From: Octopus vulgaris
Lineage: Eukaryota
NCBI GenBank assembly: GCA_951406725.2
Contig: OX597820.1
Location: 103,912,001-103,976,000, forward strand
Reading direction: 5' to 3'
Length of the DNA stretch: 64,000 bases
Made by a program: the position numbers and the translations under genes. The notes under the pieces are model-generated. The model saw only the letters and a list, made by a program, of their open reading frames with translations, was not told the DNA's origin and made no database searches. This document shows positions 54,650 through 64,000 of this stretch, piece after piece. Positions within the stretch are counted from its first letter, which is position 1. Every line of letters begins with the position of its first letter.

Positions 54650-57420
54650 CTCACAGGCAAGGCACATAGTTATAAAATCTTCTGGCAAGGTAACACGGAT
54701 GGAGTAAGGGATGTAGGCATACTCCTTGCGGAGATATGGGTTGATAAGGTCATAGAGGTTGTCAGGGTATGCGATAGAGTGCTTAAGCTCAGGCTTGTTC
54801 TGCAGAACAGTATAGCTACAATTATTTCTGCCTATGCCCCACAAGCAGGCCTACCAAATGATCAGAAGAACCATTTTTATGATATCTTTCTACAGGCTAC
54901 CTCAAATACGAGTGGCAATGACCTCATCTTTGCAGTTGGAGATTTTAATGGGCATGTTGGACGGCAATCCGGTATCTTCACACAGGGGCCATGGTATTGG
55001 TTCCCAAAGTAAAGAGGGAAATAGGCTACTGGAATTCTGTGATGCATGTAACCTTTTAATCTGCAACACTAACTTCAAACAGCCACATGATAACCTGCCA
55101 ATCAGGTGACTCTGCTAGCCAGATTGATTTCATCCTCACCAGAGTGCGGGACGCAGGGTTGCTCTTAAATACAAAGACCCATCCGGGAGTGGGGGGGGGT
55201 AGAATGTACCCCCAGCATAGACTAGTCATTAGCGACTTTAGACTTGAGGCCAGAAGGATGCCAAGAAGCAACCAATCCAGAAAAGAAGGAGGATCTGGAA
55301 GCTAAAGAACTCTTCACATGATCAGAGATTTAGGGACATCCTCATCAAGAAATCTGACATAGAGGATAACAGGAAATTCCTATGCAACAGCTTACTGAGT
55401 GCCACAGACCAAGTCTGCGGATGGTGCAAAGTCCATTCCAGACCTAGAGTAACGTGGTGGTGGAATAATATGGTAGACATAGCCATTAGAGCAAAGAAAC
55501 AGGCCTGAGAAAGCCTGGAAGAGTGGGGTTGGCAAGGAACTGTACCAGATAGCCAGAAGGGATGCTAGGCAACAGAAGGGATGATAGCCAAGGGAGAAGC
55601 AGAAAAGAAGAAGTTTGCCAATGTCCAGCGACGTGAGGACCAAAGAACTGAAGTATTTCGGATTGCAAGACAGTGTGTGAGAGAAAATTGTGATGTTACA
55701 GGCGAGAAATGTGTCCGCATGGATGATGGTGCACTTGCTTTTAATGATTTGGGAAAGAGGCTTGGAGAAGCCATTATGAAAGATTGCTAAACATGGAAAA
55801 TGAATGGGAGGGACCAGCTATCCGAATAGACAGCACCCTGGTAGATAAAGCAATTAAGGGTATGAAGCCAGGAAAAGCCCCCGGCCCATCAGGAATCACT
55901 CCTGAGATGCTTCAAACATCTGGTGGTATAGGCTATGGCCTAGTAACCTGTATTGTAAACCAGGTAGTTCATGATGAAGTCATACCCAATAGCAGCACCA
56001 TAGTCAACTGCTGCAAGGGTAAAGATGATGCTTTAGATAGAAATAACTACAGGGCTATCAAACTGCTGAATCAGGTGATGAAGGTCACGGAGAGGGTCAT
56101 AGCCCATAATTAGAGAGAGAGTTTGCTAAGATGAGACGCAGTTCAGTTTTGTGCCGGGTAGAAGCACCACTGATGCTATATTCCTGGTATGGCAACTGCA
56201 GGAGAAATACCTCACTGAAGATAAACCCTTATACTTGGATTTTGTGGACTTGGAGAAAGCCTTTGACAGAGTCGCCTGATCCCTTACCTGGTGGGCGATG
56301 CAGAAACTGAGGTTTGACGAATGGTTAATAAGGGCTGTACAGGCCCTGTACAGAGATGCCGTTAGTAAGGTGAGGGTTGGCAATGAGTATAGTGAATAAT
56401 TCCGGGCAGAAGTAGGGGTCCACCAAGGATCAGCCTTCAGCCCCCTCTTATTCATCATAGTCCTCTGGGCAATAACAGAGGAATTCAAGACAGGTTGCCT
56501 CTGGGAGCTACTCTGTGCTGATGACCTAGCCCTCATAGCAGAATCACTACCAGAACTAGAGAAGAAATTTCAGATGTGGAAGCAAGATTTAGAGTCGAAG
56601 GGCCTTAGAATCAATGTCGCAAAGACCAAAGTTCTAGTAAGTAGGAAGGCAAACACACCACACACTCCTTCAGGTAGGTGGCCCTGCTTGATCTGTAGAA
56701 AAGGTGTAGGTAGAAACTCTATAAGATGTACTGAGTGTAATCTATGGATGCATAACCGGGAAGATAGCTTTCGTGTGCGGCAGATGCACAGGGGCAATAT
56801 ACACCACAGATGCTCAGAAAACAGATTCCATCACATGCCATGGGGTTATTCTAGAAGGAGTTGATAGCTTCCGCTACCTAGGTGACCAAGTCTGCAGTGG
56901 GGGGTGGATGCTCAGAGAGCATTACCACTAGAATAAGAATTGCCTGGGCAAAGTTCAGACAGCTTCTACTCCTACTGGTGGTATGGTCATGTACTACGAA
57001 TAGATTGAGGAGAGCTGTGTGAAGAAGTGCCACTCCCAAACAGTGGAAGGAATCTGGGGTAGAGGGAGGCCCAGGAAGACATGGGATGAGGTGGTGAAGC
57101 ATGACCTTCGAACGTTGAGCCTCACAGAGGCAATGATGAAGGACCGAAACCTCTGGAGATATGCTGTGACTGAGAAGACCCATAAAATAAAATGAGATCA
57201 CAGCTGTAACCTACACCAGTGTCGCATAACCAGCCCACTCAAAAAGTACCTTTGGGTCATAGGGCAACATGCTGTGCTTGGGGAGACCTACTGAGTCAAG
57301 TACATCAAATCACAATCAAATGGAAATTGTAGTTGTGGTCCCCGTGCCGGTGGCATGTAAAAAGCACCATCCGAACGTGGCTGGTGCCAACCCCGCCTTG
57401 ACTGGATCCTGTGCTGGTGG
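54650..57420 (+). mobile_element. Degenerate RTE-clade LINE (APE + RT) with 3' UTR repeats
   Basis: IISAYAPQ, GDFNGHVG, NRLLEFC, SQIDFIL, QHRLV; GKAPGPSG, NYRAIKLL, FVDLEKAFD, GVHQGS.FSPLLF, LCADDL; C-terminal GRGRPRKTW...DRNLWR. Many frameshifts and stops. Confidence 0.92.
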
Positions 57421-57879
57421 AGGCTTCCAAGTGTCCTGAAAAGTGTCCAAGTCTTGCAACTATATAGTATGACAAGGACAATCAGAGATCTGAAGATTCA
57501 AACTTTTGTACTCCCCCTCAGATAACTGCAGTGCCAAACACCCTTGTCCAAGACGTTCACAATTACACCAGCATATTCAAGTCTTTTTAAGATTTCAGAC
57601 TCACAACTAATGCTGCTATGGTTCACATTGCTGAGATAAGCGAAATATTCAACAACATTGACACCAACATGTTAAAGAATAGACCAAACATTCTCCCTTC
57701 CTGTCATTAAAGGTGACTAAATGAGACTGATGTAGGATTTGTACTCTAAACCTGTAAAACTCTCACCAATAGCAGATTCTCAAACAAACCCATCAAATTC
57801 TCTCCTATGAGGCAGTACTTTGCCTGCCTATAAAGCACATCATATGAACCAGCTGAGGCAAAGCTATCAGTACCCACAT

Positions 57880-58030
57880 CTGCCTAATGGAGAATACCCC
57901 GGTGGACAGGTTGGGTTAGAGGGTTATCGCCTGAGAAGTGCAAAGGTGTCATCAACCAAGATTAGGAAATCTTGGTTCAACTTGAGGAGGCGTATTTGGG
58001 TGGGGATCTGGAATGTTCTCTCTTAGAAGG
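57880..58030 (+). mobile_element. Possible RTE LINE 5' fragment
   Basis: Ends in RIWVGIWNVLS, resembling the APE N-terminal GTWNV motif. Confidence 0.45.
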
Positions 58031-58757
58031 AAATATTAGTAAAACTTTAACAAATCTCAATACGCTATATTGCATCGTTATTTTCATAACAGAGAAAAGC
58101 TGATATGGTTAGACTTGAACACATAGTCCCAGTACACAAAGTATAGTAGCTGCCCGCCGCCGCCACTCTGAGTTATAGATTAAACAAAAAATCAGCTAGT
58201 GATACAGGCATAAACACGGCTACAGAGTTATAAAATTTGTTATATAACTATGTGAGGATCTTTTCCTTTTGAACGGCACTTTGTAACATAATTTCTAGGT
58301 AACTAAAAAGTTTTATACTTCGTATACTGGTAGAATGTGTTTATAAAACATCATTTTCTCTTGGCTTTATTGAGAAAATTCTATAGGTTGTAACATATTT
58401 CGTCTAAAATTTCTTGTATTTCGGCAATTTTAACCAATCAATTACCTCCATTGACGTAAATAGGTCGCGTTTCCACCACGGCTTAAAACGGTTAGACTCG
58501 AACAGAAAATCGCCTGGTGACTGCTATTTAAATGGAAATTTTGTTTTCGCTATAAAACACATATTGCTATGTTTGTACCACTCCCTTGAGACCCAACTAC
58601 ATTCTTGCTGAAAAATATAGAATTCCTCATGAGTAATATATACATCCTAAATTCTGTGGTGGCGTTAAAGAAAATGCCACGTGTTAATTTAATGAAGTTG
58701 AATATATGCGCAGTCACACAGTGATCAGCGGGTTTGCATCCGTAAAGCACACAATGT

Positions 58758-58828
<71 letters not shown>

Positions 58829-60605
58829 CTCCACCACCGCTAAGAACCGTTGTTGAGAGTATGTTTACGTCCCTATAACTTCGCGGTTTGGCAAATGAAA
58901 CCTATAGAATAAGCACCAAGCTTTTCAAAAAAAGTTAGTACTGGGGTCGATTCGTTCAACTTGAAAAAAAGTTCTTTTTGGCTGATACAAGTAAAAGATA
59001 AAAGCCAAGAAGCATGTTTTTAGGAAGATTCCAGGAAACCATCGAGGCTTGTTGTAGAATTAAAGCTCATTTCAACCATGGCCGACATTACATGATGTAA
59101 ATGGAACGTCTGTTTTTGTGTATGAATTGAAGATTGCAATCATAAACGTTGTCCTCTTTCCAAAGGCAGTAAATTTAAACATCTTTGAGTGTAACTACTG
59201 AAGAGAAATTCAATGCAAGATGGGTTTGGTTTGAAGCAGAATTTTGTTGTTTAATCTACGTAATTACTTGTAAGAAATCAGCCATTGTTGATTAAGAAGC
59301 TGCAACAAAGAATGATTTTTTTAAATGAAAATATTTGGGAAAGAAGAATAGGCTGAGTAACTAATATTTAACGGGGACAAATCTAGATTATTTTAGAAAA
59401 GAATGAATTCAAGAAATTATATTTTGAAAATATAATTCTCGAAAAAATAATTTTTGAAATTTTTAAAACTCAGAATTCAATGTTTGTAAGGATCCTTTCA
59501 TTAATTTCTTTGGAAAAATACTAACAGATTTTTCATCAAAACTAAATTGTGTGTTTATTACTCAACAAAATCGAATGAGTTTTCACAAAATAGCCTGCAT
59601 TATGCGCATGTATGACAAATGCGCTCACATCGTTTTTAACTGTGATACTAGCACCACAAACTGGAATTATATTTGAATAAAATACTGTGGATATATTATG
59701 GCATTATTTTTTTTTTTTTCAAATTCACTGCAGCCTCTAAAACCGGTTTACATTAAAATGTCATTGCATTGATGCATGCTACCTCATATGCCTAATTATG
59801 CAGAAGAGTAATGAGTCGCACAAAATTAAGACTGATTTGGAAAAATATGACTGTTTGCCGTGACAATTTCTTTCAACAAACTCTTTTCATACACCGCCAC
59901 AAATAATACACTGCAGAATGAATGTATTCTGTGAACTTCACATCCTCTTCAGAATGCGGATACAGCCAAATGCAATGAACAATGCTTCAATTATGCATAG
60001 AAGTCATTGACTCGCGTATATTTCCTGTTAATTGCCCTCTTCTTTAACATTCGATACACCACTGCTTAATCGCCATTATTTTACTCACATTAATTATGAA
60101 TGTAATTTTGGCGATTCCAGCTTAAATGCTGAGAATTATCACATTAGATGCTTTATCGCAGTGTCTCTCATAGCAGGATCAAACTCCCGTCGGCGTAGAG
60201 AAGAGTTATGGAGATGACAAAGGATGGACAAATAGCCATGTTTAATAAAACCAATATGGCCTTGAACTTTCTACACTAGTCCAACACAATTGTGATGAAG
60301 AATGAGGAATGTGTACTTATAATAAAGAATGCTTCTTATTAATTAGCTGTGAGTGTGTAACTTTTACTAAAAGAAATCAATTAATAGTCTGTACTGTCAA
60401 CAAAAAATTTTTTAAGTTCTAATTTTATTATATATTCTTTTTGATCAAAATGTGGTTTTTAGACTTCTTTTATTATTGAAGATTTCAATTACACGCTAAT
60501 CCGAAAACTAATATCTATTCACTGCGACATGCGTTTTTTAACATCTTACATTTGTATCCCTTTCTTTCTACCGTTTCCTTGCAACTCAGTCTGTCTGTCT
60601 ATTTT

Positions 60606-60671
<66 letters not shown>

Positions 60672-62007
60672 TCTTCCTTGTTATCACCTCTATTCCTATT
60701 AATCTTTCTATTTCTATATTCTTATAACTTTTTCTTTCTCATTCTTAAGCTCATCTTTTTTTCTTTCAATGTTTTTCTCCGTTTGGGCTTTGTCTCTTCT
60801 CATTCTCTCATTTTACCCCCTTATCTTATTATTTCATTTAATATATTTTCGTCTTTTTCCAGTACACTTTCACTTTCTTTCTTTGCAATACACATGCACA
60901 CATACGCACACACGCACGCACACACATACATTCTCTCTCCCTCTTTCTTCCCCCTCTCTCTCACTCACTCGCTCTCTACTGCGTTTGTTCAACCATTTTC
61001 ATTAAAAATAAGTGATTCCATAGTTTTTCTTTGAGGTATTGTAACACCATATCTATTTAGTATATCAAAATTACTCACAGAATTTCCATTTCAAGTTTTA
61101 TATATATTAGCAGAAATACACACCACCGCAGTTATGTACTAAGCAATCATGACCTGCAGTAAAAGAATACCACCCAAAGGAAAGTGTTTCTACTGGAATG
61201 ACAAGTGAAACAGTGTTTCACTTGTCATCTCATTAATACTGAAGTGAGTGGAACTGGCAGGGTGGAACTGTGACTTTATAGTTTGCGAACTTATTATTTA
61301 TAGCATTCAGCTGTTATGACGAAAACACTTCTTTCTTAGAAAGCATTTTCAGTTATCGGTAGAATTTCTTCCAAGAAAACTCTTTGACTTTCGTCTTATC
61401 TTGAAAAAAATTTCAAAAGACGTTTCATTTTCTTATTTTATTGCACTTTTCCATTGGTAAAACTGCAAATAAAGGCTTGCTTGTACATGCACACACACAT
61501 ATTCATACACAAACACACACACAGACACACGTATGCACGCACGCACACACACATATATAAATAATACATACATATATGCATACATACACACATACACACA
61601 CACATACGCACACACACACACACACACACACTCGTGAGCTGGTAGAATCTTTACCACTCCGGATACAATGCTTAGCGGCATGTCTTCCGACATTTTATAC
61701 TCTCAGCTCAAAGGATGGCTTAGTATTAAAGGCCATCAGGAAAATCAATGCACTTTGCCCTTTAGTATTTATTTATTTATTTATTGACAGGAAACCCAGC
61801 ACAAATAGATTAGAACTGGGGTTCAAAACTCATGCCTTAAAATGGCAATGCCCACACCGAAGCTGCCAGTGCAGAAGACGAATCCTTCGCTATTCTCAAC
61901 TCTTTACGTCAACTTGTTTCATCTCCTCCTCGCATTCGAAACGGCTGTTGCGATAGATCAGTAACATCACAGGATTTAAGAAGCTTACATCTAAACATGC
62001 ACACACA

Positions 62008-62070
<63 letters not shown>

Positions 62071-62197
62071 CCTTTGTCACACACTTTCACACAGAAAATC
62101 AAATTCCTCAAAAAATCAAAATCAAAAATAAAACACCGTAAGATCTAAAGGATGTTCACAGTTAATATTGTTAGAGTGACTGTCAAAGAAGGAAAAC

Positions 62198-62240
<43 letters not shown>

Positions 62241-62242
<2 letters not shown>

Positions 62243-64000
62243 TTAATCCAAACAAGAAAACAAAAAGACAACAACGCGAGGATGTGGAACAAATAAAGTA
62301 TTATTGGACGCTCAGGAAAGAAATATATATATATATATATATATACCTTATATATAAGAAATATATATATATATATATATACCTTATTAACAAATAAAAG
62401 AGGATCCCACTACCAGGATAGACACAACAACATCCACACCACGAGGGGACAACAAGGTAATTTTCACTTTCTCAACTCTCACAATACACAACAAACCCAT
62501 ACCACTCGATACAAGCACCCACGCAGGCCACTCATATCACCACAATCCATCACAACACAAAGAAACACACACCAACACCCGCAATACAGGAACACCCCAT
62601 TCTATCCACAACCACGAACCCGAACCATATTTCACAACAAGGAATATAACAAACACACAGGACCTCCTAACACCAACAGACAACCCCTCTACCCCAACCA
62701 TTTTTTAGACACAGCACACAGATACAGGCAAACAAAATAACACAGGACAGGGAAGAGAAACATAAACTAATTAAAGTCATCAATTTAACCAATACAGAAC
62801 CCAACCCCAACCTTCTCAACTTACTCTCCAAAGGTCTGAAATTCACACCAACCCCCCCACGTCCAAACTACTACGAAATGAAGGAAGACATTACAGAATT
62901 TTGTAGAAAATTGCGACTTAGTGAGGAACTATTCGACCAGCACAAAGAGGATGAGTCACTAGCTAGAAATAAAAGCAACTACACCCCACGAAAAGGTAGA
63001 AATAAAATCCTAGACGAATTCTGTGAGCACATTACAAACTTCCCCTACCAACACTTACACAAACCAAAACCCAAACCAAACCTCAACAAGAAAGAGTGGG
63101 AAGAATTAAACAAATTAAAAAATGAAAGATCTATCACCATTAAAGAGGCCGATAAAGGAAGTGCAGTAGTCTTAATGGAGACAGAATACTATATCAACTT
63201 AGCACTCTCCACCTTGGAAAATGGAACATATTACGAAAAGGCTGAACACTACAATCAACAGAAAATTATGAGAAACTTAAAAACCCTGATCAACCCCCAC
63301 AAAGAAGAACTCACTAACAAAGAATTCAACTTCATCACAAATTTCACTAGTAAAACCAGCCTCTTCTACGGTATTCCCAAAATTCATAAAAGCGAATTAA
63401 TAAGTAAGGCATGCAAGGAAGCCACAAACTCTGTAATCAATGTCCCCTCACCAAATGACCTCAAATTGAGACCTATAATAGCAGGTCCCGCTTGCGAAAC
63501 CCACCGCCTTAGCAACTTCATTGATACCCTTCTCAAGCCGTTCCTCAAACACATTAAAAGCTACATAAGGGACGATCTAGATATGCTCAACCACCTCCCC
63601 AATACACTTCTTGCTGAACAAACCCTGCTAGTAACATTCGATGTAGTCAATCTTTACTCCAACATCCCCCACAACCTAGGAATAGAAGCTATCCAATTCT
63701 GGCTGGATAATTACTCCAACGAACTCCCACACCGCATCAAAAAGGAATTTATTTTAGAAGGACTCAAATTCATCTTAGAGAATAATTTCTTCACCTTCAA
63801 CAACAAATTCTACAGACAGAAATCAGGGACGGCAATGGGAACGAAAACAGCTCCCACTTACGCCAACTTAGTCATGGGATACCTGGAAATCACCCTCTAT
63901 AATAACGTTCTTAACCAATTTGGCACCACTCTCCACACACACATAGAGAAGAACTGGAAGAGATATCTTGATGACTGCTTCATCCTTTGGCCCGAAACCG
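62241..64000 (+). mobile_element. Young Penelope-like element in a (TA)n tract, preceded by a probable inverted pseudo-LTR fragment (62241-62322)
   Basis: (TA)n at 62201-62240 and 62323-62380 brackets a short unique segment resembling the hammerhead-adjacent fragment at 31440-31565. An A/C-rich open region 62381-62740 follows, then the RT frame. Confidence 0.8.
62671..64000 (+). CDS. Penelope-like retroelement reverse transcriptase ORF, uninterrupted, runs off window end
   Basis: Hand translation of frame 1 has no stop from 62671 to 64000. Motifs: VINL...LLSKGLKFTPTP, IKEADKGSAVVLM (DKG 63151-63159), FYGIPKIHK, LRPIIAG, FDVVNLYSNIP, YRQKSGTAMG..APTYANL, RYLDD (YLDD 63964-63975). Absent from the ORF track, presumably because no stop falls inside the window. 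Confidence 0.93.

Noticed and set aside
59020-59040. Heat-shock-element-like gGAAgaTTCcaGGAA
   Set aside because: The third unit is out of register, and the site is about 20 kb from the sHSP coding exons.

Overview
AT-rich, repeat-dominated eukaryotic genomic DNA. It is most likely from an octopus, inferred from the SINE families and the density of (TA)n/(CA)n/(AAT)n microsatellites. I can support only one host gene: a two-coding-exon small heat-shock protein (alpha-crystallin/HSP20) on the minus strand (39423-39181 joined to 38051-37785, 169 aa). The rest is mobile DNA: two degenerate full-length mariners, a maT (DD37D) remnant, MITEs with clear target-site duplications (Mutator-, piggyBac- and hAT-like), degenerate Tx1/L1, RTE, CR1 and RLE-type LINEs, and many SINEs. 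The most striking theme is Penelope-like elements (PLEs). An uninterrupted PLE reverse-transcriptase frame, missed by the ORF track, runs from 62671 off the window end and is entered across a T-TTT-TTA slippery heptamer, a candidate -1 programmed frameshift. There are also about eight intact or decayed minimal hammerhead ribozymes and several palindromic PLE-end insertions, mostly at (TA)n tracts. Most ORFs in the supplied track are microsatellite artefacts.
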